Origin: a virus
Length of the DNA stretch: 46,533 bases
Reading direction: 5' to 3' (one strand)
Virus record (IMG/VR): IMGVR_UViG_3300015209_000001
Location: 1 to 46,533 of that record
Under the pieces are notes generated by a model. That model saw only the letters and a program-made list of their open reading frames with translations, was not told the DNA's origin and did not search any database. Positions 7,464 through 16,250 of this stretch are shown here, in pieces. Positions within the stretch are counted from its first letter, which is position 1. Each line of letters opens with the position of its first letter. A program made the translations under genes and the position numbers.

Positions 7464-7826
7464 GTGACCACCCCAAACGGCTCGGCTGTCCGCTCCCGTA
7501 GCTTCGACGCTGAGGTGCCGGAGGAGCCGGGGGTGGAGTTCAGCCTGGCCGGCCAGACGTTCCACTGCCTGCCCCTGTTCCCCGGGGGGGTGATGGCTGA
7601 CCTCATCATCGCCGCCGACAAACCGCTCGGGGTGATCCTCGACGCCGCCGTCGCCCTCATCCGGGGCGTGCTGGTGCCCGAGGACGAGGAGAGGTGGGAC
7701 GCGGCGATCTACGGCAAGGAGCACGTCATCTCTGCTCCTCAGATTGCCGAGATTGCCGAGTGGCTGGTGGAGGTGGGCCTGGGCGCCCCTTTCGGGCAAC
7801 CCAGCGACTCGCCGCGTGGGCCATAG
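7464..7826 (+). CDS. tail assembly chaperone (G-like)
   Basis: GTG start. Lies directly upstream of the tape measure. The 3' end overlaps a -1 frame ORF and contains the slippery heptamer. Confidence 0.65.
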   Translation: MTTPNGSAVRSRSFDAEVPEEPGVEFSLAGQTFHCLPLFPGGVMADLIIAADKPLGVILDAAVALIRGVLVPEDEERWDAAIYGKEHVISAPQIAEIAEWLVEVGLGAPFGQPSDSPRGP

Positions 7827-8080
7827 CCCATGACACCCACCTCAGGGGCCGGGTGCTGCTCGCCGGCCTGGAGCCTCGCTCGCTGGCTCCCGCAGACTGG
7901 ATCGCCGTGGCGCATGTGGTCGTGACAGAGCAGGGCGAACGCGTGGAGGCGATCGACGAGTGGCTGTCGACGCGCTTCCCCTGGAGCCCCGCGCCGGTGG
8001 TTGACCTCCAGGCATGGGCCGAGGACCCCGCCTGGCTCGCCCAGCAGGCGGCGATGATGGCGCAGTTGGGCACACCGTGA
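7464..8080 (+). CDS. tail assembly chaperone frameshift product (GT-like): 7464-7793 joined by a -1 shift to 7793-8080
   Basis: Frame 0 reads ..GAPFGQP. After a -1 slip on CCCTTTC it reads ..PFRATQRLAAW.., which matches ORF 7694-8080 and ends in GTGA with the tape-measure start. Confidence 0.6.
7787..7793 (+). promoter_or_regulatory. -1 programmed frameshift slippery heptamer C CCT TTC
   Basis: X XXY YYZ form in the zero frame (codons cct 7788-7790, ttc 7791-7793), 33 nt before the G-like stop. Confidence 0.55.
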
Positions 8081-10092
8081 CCGTCGTCGGCACCGCCTCC
8101 ATCGAGGTCCACGCTGACACCTCCAGAGTGGGCAGGGAGATTCAGGCCGGCGTCGGGCGTGCCGGGGCCACGGCTGAGAAGTCCCTCGGCCGACAGTTGG
8201 GAGGGGTGGCGGCACGCCTGGGCCTCGCTGCCGCATTCAAGGGAGCGGCCGCCGCCGCCGCCGCGGAGAACATCGCCGTCCGTGCTCTCGACCAGACCCT
8301 TCGCCGTGCCGCGGGGGCCTCCGACGCCACCGTGAAGTCGAGCGAGCGGTACGTCACCTCGCTCCAAAACGCCACCGGCATCGCCGATGACAGCCTGCGC
8401 CCGGCCCTGGCCCGCCTCGTCTCCTCGACCAAAGACGCCGCCGCCGCGCAACGACTCCTCGCCCTGGCCGCGGACGTGTCGGTGGCCCGCTCGATCCCCC
8501 TGGAGGCCGTCGCTACCGCCCTGGGGCGTGCCTACAACGGCAACGTGGCCGGCCTGTCCCGCCTGGGGGTGCAGACCAAGGACGCCGCCGGCAAGACCAA
8601 GAGCTTCCAGGCCATCCTCCAGGACCTTCAGAAGACCTTCGGCGGAGTGGCCGTGGCCTCGGCCGACCCCCTCCAGAAGATCCGGGTGAAGCTCGACGAC
8701 ATCAAGGAGGACATCGGCCGGGCCACCCTGCCGGCGGTAACCACCCTCGGCGGGGCCGTCGCTTCGGTCGGCTCCGCGTTCACCCATCTGCCCGCTGCGG
8801 CGCAGAGCGTGACTGTCATCGGCGGCCTTGCCCTCGCTGCTGCCGGACCCATCTCAAGCCTCATCGGCGGTATCGGGCGTCTCCGCGTTGCCCTGGCCGG
8901 GCTGAGCACGACCTCGGCGCTCGCCTTCGGCATCCCCACTGCCCTCGCGCTCGGTGCGGCAATCAACGACGCCATCCAGGCCAAGTTTTTTCCCAAGCCG
9001 ACAGCCCAGGTCAACGAACTGGTGGAGGCCTACAAGCACCTAGCGGCGTCCGCTACCAACGGAGCGGGCAAGGCCAAGGGGTTCCTCGATGCGCTGACCA
9101 ACTCCAGCGACAAGAACGCCCAGGCGGCGGCGAGCGCCATCGTCGCCATGAACGGGGAGGCCGGTGCACTGGGCGGCCTCGCCGGCGCGACGGGAAGGGC
9201 GACGACCGAGGCAGACAGGCTGTCGCTCGCCCTCGATGCCGTCAAGAAGTCAATCGACGACCAGCTCAACCCGACCCTCGACCTGGCCGACGCACAGAGC
9301 CGCCAAGCGGGCGGAGCAGCCGCGCTCCGTGAAGCCCTGAAGGGCACGGGCGAGGCTTCCAAGGCCGTTCGGGATGCCGGGCGCGACGTGGCCAAGGCCA
9401 ACGACGACGCAGCCAAGGCGCTTCGGGAACACGGGGCGGGCTCAGATGAACTCCGGGCCGCTCAGGACGCCCAGGCTCAGGCCCAGGACCGCCTCAGCGA
9501 TGCCAAGGCACGATCCGCCAAGGACGACCCGAAGTCCGAGGAGAATCGCCGCAAGCAGGGCGACCTCGTGCGCGACCAGATCCGCAACATCGAAGCAGTC
9601 GTGGAGGCTCAGGTCCGGGCCGGCCAGTTGACTCAGAAGGGGGCCAAGCTGGAGTTGACCCGGCAACTGCTGGAGCTGCGCAGCATCGTTCCGACTCTCG
9701 GCCCGCTGTTCGATGAACTCGCTGCCCACATCGCCGCCCTGCCGGACTTCCCCACCTTCGACGCCCTCCTCCAGAGCCGGGAGGGACCGGCCTTCCTAGG
9801 CATCAGCGCCGCACGACGTCGCCGCAACCGTCCCCCGGGGCGCCAGCACGGCGGTCCTGTCCTGCCGGGCTCGGTCTACACCGTGGGCGAGGCTGGCCCG
9901 GAGTTGGCCGTGTTCCCCCGTTCCGGCCAGGTGATCCCCGCGGATGCTTCGGCGCAGCTCCTCGCCGCACTCCAGGGCCAAGGCACCACGAGCAGTACCT
10001 CGCATACCTACAACATCAAGGGGGCGTTCCCCTTTGACCCCGCCGCCCTTGCCCGCGCCCTGCTGCGCGAGCAGGACTGGGCCCTGCGCTGA
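8077..10092 (+). CDS. tape measure protein (671 aa)
   Basis: GTGA overlap with the chaperone. Long Ala/Leu/Gly-rich protein with helical and hydrophobic stretches. C-terminal VYTVGEAGPELAVFP motif is typical of tape measure proteins. Position is canonical. Confidence 0.85.
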   Translation: MTVVGTASIEVHADTSRVGREIQAGVGRAGATAEKSLGRQLGGVAARLGLAAAFKGAAAAAAAENIAVRALDQTLRRAAGASDATVKSSERYVTSLQNATGIADDSLRPALARLVSSTKDAAAAQRLLALAADVSVARSIPLEAVATALGRAYNGNVAGLSRLGVQTKDAAGKTKSFQAILQDLQKTFGGVAVASADPLQKIRVKLDDIKEDIGRATLPAVTTLGGAVASVGSAFTHLPAAAQSVTVIGGLALAAAGPISSLIGGIGRLRVALAGLSTTSALAFGIPTALALGAAINDAIQAKFFPKPTAQVNELVEAYKHLAASATNGAGKAKGFLDALTNSSDKNAQAAASAIVAMNGEAGALGGLAGATGRATTEADRLSLALDAVKKSIDDQLNPTLDLADAQSRQAGGAAALREALKGTGEASKAVRDAGRDVAKANDDAAKALREHGAGSDELRAAQDAQAQAQDRLSDAKARSAKDDPKSEENRRKQGDLVRDQIRNIEAVVEAQVRAGQLTQKGAKLELTRQLLELRSIVPTLGPLFDELAAHIAALPDFPTFDALLQSREGPAFLGISAARRRRNRPPGRQHGGPVLPGSVYTVGEAGPELAVFPRSGQVIPADASAQLLAALQGQGTTSSTSHTYNIKGAFPFDPAALARALLREQDWALR

Positions 10093-10943
10093 TGCCCCGG
10101 ACCGTGGACCTGGGCGGTGCCGCCGACCCCGACCGCATCCTGTTCAACGGCTCGCCCGATGCCTTCGGCGTGTCGTGGTGCGCCGAGGGACTCACCGGGT
10201 GGGACTCGCCGGACATGGAGCTGATCCGTGCCGACCACCCCCTAGACGACGGCCAGGTGCGGATACTGGGCCGCCACCAGGGACGGCCCCTGGACCTCAT
10301 CGCCGCCACTCTGCTCGCCCCCTCCGAGGCGGCGCGTGTGACTGCGATGGACCGCCTGGCCCATACCACCGATGTCCTGCGTTCCACGCGACGGTTGGTG
10401 GTGATCGACGGCGCGGCGTCGCGCTTCGCCGACGTGCATCGCCGGGAGCCGGTGCGGATGCGCCTACGTCCTCCTGCGGTGGACAGCCGACGCGGGATGG
10501 TGTGGCCGGCGGCGCTGGAGGTGCCCCTGGTGGCCCCCGACCCGCGCAAGTACGACCTCAACGAGACAGTCGCCCAGACATCGGCAAGCAGCGGCGGGAC
10601 CACGGGAACGGCGACCACCGTCAACCAGGGCAACTACGCAACCCCGTGGGTCGCCACGATCACCGCGAGTGGGTGGCCGGGTGGGGCGCTCAACCTGTTC
10701 ACCCCGGACAACATGCCCGTTGTGAACCTGACGTTGGTCCCGGCCATGACCGGCTCCGATGCGCTGGTAGTCGACTCTGCCAAGCGCACCGTCACCCTCA
10801 ACGGCGTCAACCGCCGTGACCTGGTAGCGGCCCTGCCTGACTGGAGCGGCATCGCCCCCGGCTTCGACACCTTCAGTTTCAACCGCGCCAACACGACCGG
10901 CTCGGTGCTCCTCCAGGTTGCCTACCGCTTCGCCTGGATCTAA
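10092..10943 (+). CDS. distal tail protein (Dit-like minor tail protein)
   Basis: TGATG overlap. Lies directly after the tape measure. Siphovirus tail pattern: GLTGWDSP..DG..LVAPDPRKY..N.GN..TPW..LNG..R..L...S.W..IAPG. Confidence 0.6.
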   Translation: MPRTVDLGGAADPDRILFNGSPDAFGVSWCAEGLTGWDSPDMELIRADHPLDDGQVRILGRHQGRPLDLIAATLLAPSEAARVTAMDRLAHTTDVLRSTRRLVVIDGAASRFADVHRREPVRMRLRPPAVDSRRGMVWPAALEVPLVAPDPRKYDLNETVAQTSASSGGTTGTATTVNQGNYATPWVATITASGWPGGALNLFTPDNMPVVNLTLVPAMTGSDALVVDSAKRTVTLNGVNRRDLVAALPDWSGIAPGFDTFSFNRANTTGSVLLQVAYRFAWI

Positions 10944-12476
10944 GTGGAGGGAGCGCAGCTTCTCGTCGTGGATCGTGCGGGGGTGCCGGTCTACGAGTTG
11001 GAGGAGGCCACCGTGGACTCGGCCACGCGGGAGCTGTGGACCTCGGAGTCCTCCGTGGGGTCGATGGACTTCTCCATCCCCACCACCGACGCCAAGTTGG
11101 CCGTCCTGGGGGAGGCTCTGCTTCTCGGCTACGAGGTGCAGCTCTGGTACGAGGGGGTGCTGTGGTGGTGGGGGATTCCCGTCACCATCCCCGAGGCCAA
11201 CCGCACCATCACCCGGGTGGGGTGCGTGGGCCTGCCGTGGTACTACCACCAGCGGGTCTTCGGGCCCATCGGGACGAACTTCCTGACCGACCCGAGCTTT
11301 GAGGCCGTCGGCACGCCAGCGTGGACAGCGGTGAACTGCACCAAGTCCTCCTTCCCTGAGGCGGTGGTTCTCGGCTCCAGAGCGGTCCTGTTGCAGTCAC
11401 CCACGTCCTCGGACGCCTACCTCCGCCAGCGCGTGACTGTGACGGGGTATCCCAACCAGGCGGTGCGGTACTTTCCAGCCGCCTGGTACTACATCCTCAC
11501 CAAGTACAACCCGTTCCTCGGTGTCGCCTTTGACGAGCGGGGCATCTACATCGAGCGGCAGAACCCCACCACGGGGGCGCTGATTGGTGCGCCGGTGTTC
11601 TATCCCATCCCCTACTCGACCCCGAGGGACACCCCCGTCCGCATCGAAATCGAGGAGGGGATCAGCGTCCCGGCCGGCGCCACCGAACGGCTGGAGGTGC
11701 GCTTGTACTGCCCAAACGGAAACATCGTCTGGGACGCGGCCAGCCTCACCATTCAGGAATCGGTGAGCACCCCTCCCGAAGGCGAGGACGCCAACCTGCT
11801 CATCCAGCAGATCAACACCTACGCCCAGGACCCCGCCCTGGGAAAGAGCGCACTCAACATCGGCTTCACCGGCTCGGCCACCGGCAAGCTGCTCCTTCGC
11901 TCCTACCAGTTCTCCCAGGTGGCCAACATCGGCGAGGCCCTGTCGCAGTACCCGGCCGAGGGCATCTGCGATCTGGGGGTGGAGTGGGCCGCCGATGGCC
12001 GCTCGCGCAGTCTCCGGGTGTTCCCTGGCCTCCGGGGGGCCATCCGCAACGACCTGGGGGTTGACCTGACCACCGATCCCCTGGGGGACTTCTCGTGGAG
12101 CCTCGACGCCCGCCAGACTCGCACCGCCGTCCATGTTCTCGGGCAGGGGGAGGGCTCGGACCGGGAGACGGCCTCGGCCCGCGACGCGTCTTTCCTCGCA
12201 GGGCTGGTGCTGGAGGCGGTGCAGTCGGCTCCCCCCGAGACTGCGGTGGGTGGCCTGGCCCCCCTGGCGGCAACGGAGCTGGCCCGGCTGCGCAAGCGTG
12301 TCCGCGTCCCCTCCGTCACTGTCCCCGCCTCTGCCTACCTCGCTCTGTCCGAGGGCGACACCATCCCCGTGCGGGCCAACTACGGCATCGTCCAGGCCAA
12401 CGGGGACCTCCAGCGGGTGCAGCGGCTCACCCTCCGCCCCCAGGCCCGTACGATCGAGATCGGGTTCTCCCAATGA
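10944..12476 (+). CDS. tail hub / Tal-like minor tail protein with an inserted carbohydrate-binding-like segment
   Basis: GTG directly after the stop. 510 aa. Second gene after the tape measure. NFLTDPSFEAVGTPAW resembles CBM4/9-type openings. Confidence 0.5.
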   Translation: MEGAQLLVVDRAGVPVYELEEATVDSATRELWTSESSVGSMDFSIPTTDAKLAVLGEALLLGYEVQLWYEGVLWWWGIPVTIPEANRTITRVGCVGLPWYYHQRVFGPIGTNFLTDPSFEAVGTPAWTAVNCTKSSFPEAVVLGSRAVLLQSPTSSDAYLRQRVTVTGYPNQAVRYFPAAWYYILTKYNPFLGVAFDERGIYIERQNPTTGALIGAPVFYPIPYSTPRDTPVRIEIEEGISVPAGATERLEVRLYCPNGNIVWDAASLTIQESVSTPPEGEDANLLIQQINTYAQDPALGKSALNIGFTGSATGKLLLRSYQFSQVANIGEALSQYPAEGICDLGVEWAADGRSRSLRVFPGLRGAIRNDLGVDLTTDPLGDFSWSLDARQTRTAVHVLGQGEGSDRETASARDASFLAGLVLEAVQSAPPETAVGGLAPLAATELARLRKRVRVPSVTVPASAYLALSEGDTIPVRANYGIVQANGDLQRVQRLTLRPQARTIEIGFSQ

Positions 12477-13147
12477 CCAAGATCACCCAACCCCCCTCCG
12501 ACAAGCACCGGGTGACGGCCCTGGAAACCCACGTGCGCGACCTCCAGCGCCAGCGGCGGCCGGACCGCTTCGCCATGCGCGACCTCACCGACGCCTCCCT
12601 GGTGCCCGTGCTGGACGGCCAGGTGCCCACCTACGACTGGAACTCGGGACTGTGGGTGCCGAAAACGCCACAAACATTCAGGCGTTCTCGGGGCATCCGC
12701 CGTCGCCGAGGTTCCTCTCAACAGATTTACAACGCAGCCCTCACCATCATTGGGATGGAGTACAACGCCTACAACTACTCCGGCATTGCCTCCCACCCGG
12801 TGACGGGGATCACCGTGCCTGCGACCGGCCTGTACACGATGAGTGCCGGCCTGACCTGGAACGCCACCTCCAACGCGGGCATCCGCTGGATCGAGATATA
12901 CCTGGCGAACACTGGCGTTGCTGGTGGTGACGGGCCCATCGTTCGTGCCGTAGGCCCTCCGGCCTCGGATGGTTCCTGCATCCAGAACGTGTCGTGCGAG
13001 TGGTACCTCGGGCCGCCCCAGGAGGTGCAACTGCGGGTGTACCAGAACTCCGGGGCCGACATTTTCACCTACGTGGACGACCGGACTGGCGGGTGGCCTT
13101 ACCTGTCCATCCTCATGGTCGATCACCAACTGGAGGCTTACCCCTGA
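12473..13147 (+). CDS. minor tail / receptor-binding-like protein with a C1q/TNF-like C-terminal jelly-roll (224 aa)
   Basis: ATGA overlap. N-terminal coiled segment (HRVTALETHVRDLQRQ). C-terminal pattern GLYTMSAGLTW..IEIYL..VQLRVYQNSG. Confidence 0.5.
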   Translation: MTKITQPPSDKHRVTALETHVRDLQRQRRPDRFAMRDLTDASLVPVLDGQVPTYDWNSGLWVPKTPQTFRRSRGIRRRRGSSQQIYNAALTIIGMEYNAYNYSGIASHPVTGITVPATGLYTMSAGLTWNATSNAGIRWIEIYLANTGVAGGDGPIVRAVGPPASDGSCIQNVSCEWYLGPPQEVQLRVYQNSGADIFTYVDDRTGGWPYLSILMVDHQLEAYP

Positions 13148-13261
13148 TGCCCAACGAACCCGTGACGCCGCCGCCACCTCCGACCCCCGACCCCGAGCCG
13201 GTTCCGCCGGAGCAGTCCCCTGTGCCCTGACTCGCCCGTGTCACGGCGTAGCCTGTTGCCC

Positions 13262-13513
13262 ATGGCCAAGCGCAGCGAAACGGACGGACCAGACCAGGCA
13301 GTGACCGAGGAACGGTTCATCACCGAGCCAGTCGGCCCGCCCTCCTCCCAGGAGACCTACGAGCAGCCGGCCAAGGACCAGCGCGGCCGCGACCTCGGCC
13401 CCTTCGAGTCGCCGAACACCCCCGACCCCTCGGAGTCCGTCTTCATCGACACCCGCCAGGTGGAGGGCAGCGAAACGGTGCTCATGCGGGGCGATCAACC
13501 CGACCGCGGCTGA
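13262..13513 (+). CDS. acidic, low-complexity hypothetical protein (83 aa)
   Basis: ATG lies 7 nt after a TAGCCT -10-like box (13249-13254), so it is possibly leaderless. High GC3. Confidence 0.45.
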   Translation: MAKRSETDGPDQAVTEERFITEPVGPPSSQETYEQPAKDQRGRDLGPFESPNTPDPSESVFIDTRQVEGSETVLMRGDQPDRG

Positions 13514-13525
13514 CCCGGTGAAGGC

Positions 13526-14158
13526 GTGACCGACTACGCCGCCATCACCGACGCGTCAAATACCTTCACGACCACAGGGCTGAGCGAGGAGGACCGGGCC
13601 CTGCTCGCCTACGTGATGGCGATGAAGGCGGGCGGGCTCGACGTCGTGGTCACGGCCACCACCGACCATCCCCTGCGCACGTCCTCGGGCAACCTCTCGC
13701 GTCACCGCATGGCCGGCACCAAGGGGGAGGGCCTGGCCATCGACGCCAGGATGCGGACCCGGGGCAACGACATCCACCGGGCGGTGTTCGACGGCTTCGC
13801 CCTGGTGGAGACGCACCTCCACGAGCTGATCTACTCCGGCGCCCCCTACTCAATCAAGGCGGGCAAGCGGGTGAAGCCCTATGCGGTGGCCGCGCACCAC
13901 AGCCACGTTCACTGCGCTGTGGGTCCGGGCACGTTCGTCCGGTTCCCTTCCGCCCCGCCCGCTCCCGCCCCGCCCCCACAGGAGGACGACATGAACTTCC
14001 ACTACGTCTACGCCAACGCCTACTACACGACCAACATGGTGCACCGCCAGCACTGGGATTCGGCCGGCCCCGGGTTCACCATCATGCTCGCCCACACCAA
14101 GCCGCTGGGCGAGGTGCCCCAGGACTTCCACGACTCGCTGGTGGACGCGGAGCGGTGA
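13526..14158 (+). CDS. putative LAS/M15-type zinc peptidase (endolysin candidate)
   Basis: SRHRMAGTKGEGLAIDAR and HHSHVH fit the H..D / HxH metal-ligand layout of VanY/M15-like peptidases. It opens the lysis cassette. Confidence 0.5.
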   Translation: MTDYAAITDASNTFTTTGLSEEDRALLAYVMAMKAGGLDVVVTATTDHPLRTSSGNLSRHRMAGTKGEGLAIDARMRTRGNDIHRAVFDGFALVETHLHELIYSGAPYSIKAGKRVKPYAVAAHHSHVHCAVGPGTFVRFPSAPPAPAPPPQEDDMNFHYVYANAYYTTNMVHRQHWDSAGPGFTIMLAHTKPLGEVPQDFHDSLVDAER

Positions 14159-14607
14159 CCACGGTCCTGCTGCTGTTGCTGGTGGTCATCACCGGCGCCA
14201 CCCTGGCCGTGCTCGTGAAGCTGATGAGCTTCGTGCAGGGGCTCGACATCCCCGAGATCGCCATGGTGCTCCAGGTGGACAAGATCCTGGCCGGCCTCAC
14301 CACCGCAGCGGACCTCGCTGCCGAGGTCGCCCGGGACCTCAAGATCGACGTGGCCGTGTCCAGCCAGCAGTTCAGCCGGCTCGTGATCCTGCTCGACCGC
14401 CTGCAGATCGACGCCACCGCCACCGCCGCGTCGGGTGTGCGCATCGAGGCCGAGGGCGACAGGGTGGCCTCGGATCTAGCCGACGTGCAAAGCCACGCTC
14501 GCATCATCGAGGCCGAGCCCACCACCCCGCCCGGCTCCGCCGCTGATTTCGCCGCCGGCGGTAACGATCGTCCCATGCCGAAGGTCGCTCGCAAGCGTAG
14601 GAACTGA
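14155..14607 (+). CDS. membrane-anchored coiled-coil protein (holin/lysis accessory candidate)
   Basis: GTGA overlap. N-terminal TM VLLLLLVVITGATLAVLV, followed by a long helical region. Confidence 0.6.
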   Translation: MTTVLLLLLVVITGATLAVLVKLMSFVQGLDIPEIAMVLQVDKILAGLTTAADLAAEVARDLKIDVAVSSQQFSRLVILLDRLQIDATATAASGVRIEAEGDRVASDLADVQSHARIIEAEPTTPPGSAADFAAGGNDRPMPKVARKRRN

Positions 14608-15161
14608 TGCGCTCGGCCGCCGCGGTGGTCAAGCTGACCAAGGACGTTGCCCTGCTCAAGGTCTTCAGCGACCACCTGGTCCATCAGGCGACCCAGCTAC
14701 GGGAGCGCTCGGCGCTGGTCGATGTGCTGATCCCGGTCTCGAGGCGCACCGATGTGTTCTCCGAGATCCTCGCCGGTGTCGAGCGCATGGCCGCGGTGTA
14801 TCCCGGGTTCGCCATCGACGTGAACCTCATCAACAACCGCTCGTGTCTGGCCGTCAACACCGGCGCCGAGGTGGCCCAGGAGACCACGATGTGTCGGTAC
14901 TCCATCGCCTCGGGAGCGGTGTTGTCCGTCGACGACAGCCTGGAGGACGCCATCGTCTGCGACAACCCCTACGCCCAGATCGTGCGGTCCTACCTGGGGG
15001 CGCCGATCGTGGTTCGGGGGTGGGTGGTGGGGGTGTGCTGCATGCACGGCCCCCACGTCGCCTGCTGGGCCCAGGTGGACCGGGACCGGGTGGCGGCGTG
15101 GGCCAAGTCAGTGTCGTCGGTGTTGGAGATGGGCTTCATCCTGCCTGCCCATGGTCCATGA
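14607..15161 (+). CDS. stand-alone GAF-domain protein (184 aa)
   Basis: MCRYSIASGAVLSVDDSLEDAIVCDNPYAQIVRSYLGAPIVVRGWVVGVCCMHGP...VDRDRVAAWAKSVSSVLE follows the classic GAF pattern (C....g..l.v.D...D.....NP.....irSYlG.Pi...g..vG.lc......w...d...l...A). Confidence 0.6.
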   Translation: MRSAAAVVKLTKDVALLKVFSDHLVHQATQLRERSALVDVLIPVSRRTDVFSEILAGVERMAAVYPGFAIDVNLINNRSCLAVNTGAEVAQETTMCRYSIASGAVLSVDDSLEDAIVCDNPYAQIVRSYLGAPIVVRGWVVGVCCMHGPHVACWAQVDRDRVAAWAKSVSSVLEMGFILPAHGP

Positions 15162-15463
15162 CCTTTGTCATCACGGGCATAGCTGCTTCGCTCATCACGG
15201 CGCTGGGCGCCATGCTCTTGGCGAGGTACTCCAAGAGCGGGCGGATCAAGACCAGTGAAGCGGTCGATTTGTGGACGACGTTGCGTAGCGAGCTGACCCG
15301 TCTGCAGGAGGAGGCGGTGCGGCTGCGGGCCGAGATCACCGTGGGTCAACAGGAGATGGCGGCACTGCGCGTCGAGGCCACCGAGATCCGGGTGCGCATG
15401 GCCGAGGTGCAGGCCCAACTGGTGATCTGCTCGGCCACGCTGAAGGAGTACGAAAGTGGTTGA
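15158..15463 (+). CDS. membrane-anchored coiled-coil protein (101 aa)
   Basis: ATGA overlap. N-terminal [22 protein letters not shown], then heptad-like [19 protein letters not shown].. Confidence 0.6.
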   Translation: MTFVITGIAASLITALGAMLLARYSKSGRIKTSEAVDLWTTLRSELTRLQEEAVRLRAEITVGQQEMAALRVEATEIRVRMAEVQAQLVICSATLKEYESG

Positions 15464-16124
15464 CCGCCTTCCGGTCGCCCCACCGGTGCCAGAGCACAAC
15501 CACCACCCCGGCGCCATCGCCTTTGCCATCCTCACCGCCTCGTTGTGCCTGGCGATACTCGGCGCCGCCCTCGCCGCCCAGACCACCCGGCGCCAGGCCC
15601 GAGCCGCGGTGGAAGCGAACTGCCGCACGCAACTGAAGACCCAGCGGGTGATGGTGGCGCTCATCAACCAGTTGACCGCCCCCCGGGTCTTCGAGGGCAT
15701 GGTCGACTCCGCCACCATGGCCGCTCAGGAGGCCGAGAACGCCGAGGCGGCCAAGAACCGCAAGGCGCTGTTGGCGGAGCTGGCCGCGCTCGACTGCGGG
15801 GCGCTCGGGCAGGGCGATGTGTCGCCCGTGGTGGTTCCCCTCCCACCCGCGCCTCCCCCCGGCGTGGTCGGCCTCGACGGAGCTCGGGGGGCTGATGGTT
15901 TTACCGGGCCCGCGTCGATGGTTCCGGGTCCGCAAGGGGTTCCGGGTCCCCAAGGCGAACCGGGGGCAAGTATTGTGGGACCCCGCGGGGACCCCGGCCC
16001 CAAAGGCGACCCCGGGCCTGAGGGCCCTCCGGCGCCCACAACCACTACGACCACCACCATTCCCTCCACTACGACGACTCAGCCGTGCCAGCTCCTGCTG
16101 CAAGGCCAGTGCATTGCACCGTGA
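15456..16124 (+). CDS. membrane-anchored collagen-like (G-X-Y) repeat protein with a poly-Thr tract
   Basis: [27 protein letters not shown] run [44 protein letters not shown] (nt 15870-16028). [15 protein letters not shown]-terminal CQLLLQGQC. Confidence 0.65.
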   Translation: MVDRLPVAPPVPEHNHHPGAIAFAILTASLCLAILGAALAAQTTRRQARAAVEANCRTQLKTQRVMVALINQLTAPRVFEGMVDSATMAAQEAENAEAAKNRKALLAELAALDCGALGQGDVSPVVVPLPPAPPPGVVGLDGARGADGFTGPASMVPGPQGVPGPQGEPGASIVGPRGDPGPKGDPGPEGPPAPTTTTTTTIPSTTTTQPCQLLLQGQCIAP

Positions 16125-16240
16125 ACGAGTGGCCCTCCTGGCAGGTCGTGCTCGCCGCCGTAGTTCTCGCCCTGGTCGGCGTGGTGGTCGTGCTGTTCGG
16201 CGCCGGGTTCGTCGCCTGGGCCATCCTGTTCGGCCGATGA
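16121..16240 (+). CDS. 39-aa single-TM protein (holin-like)
   Basis: GTGA overlap. [39 protein letters not shown]. Below the ORF-track size cut-off. Confidence 0.4.
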   Translation: MNEWPSWQVVLAAVVLALVGVVVVLFGAGFVAWAILFGR

Positions 16241-16250
16241 AAGGACACCT

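Noticed and set aside
7584-7590. Run of seven G inside the tail chaperone gene as an alternative frameshift site
   Set aside because: The -1 frame entered there hits TGA at 7598-7600. The run is also not in the X XXY YYZ register. CCCTTTC at 7787-7793 explains the long -1 ORF.
13147-13230. 27-codon Pro-rich ORF (MPNEPVTPPPPPTPDPEPVPPEQSPVP) overlapping the stop of the receptor-binding-like gene
   Set aside because: GC3 is high and a TGATG overlap is present. However, the ORF is very short and low-complexity, with no other support. I left it unannotated as uncertain rather than false.
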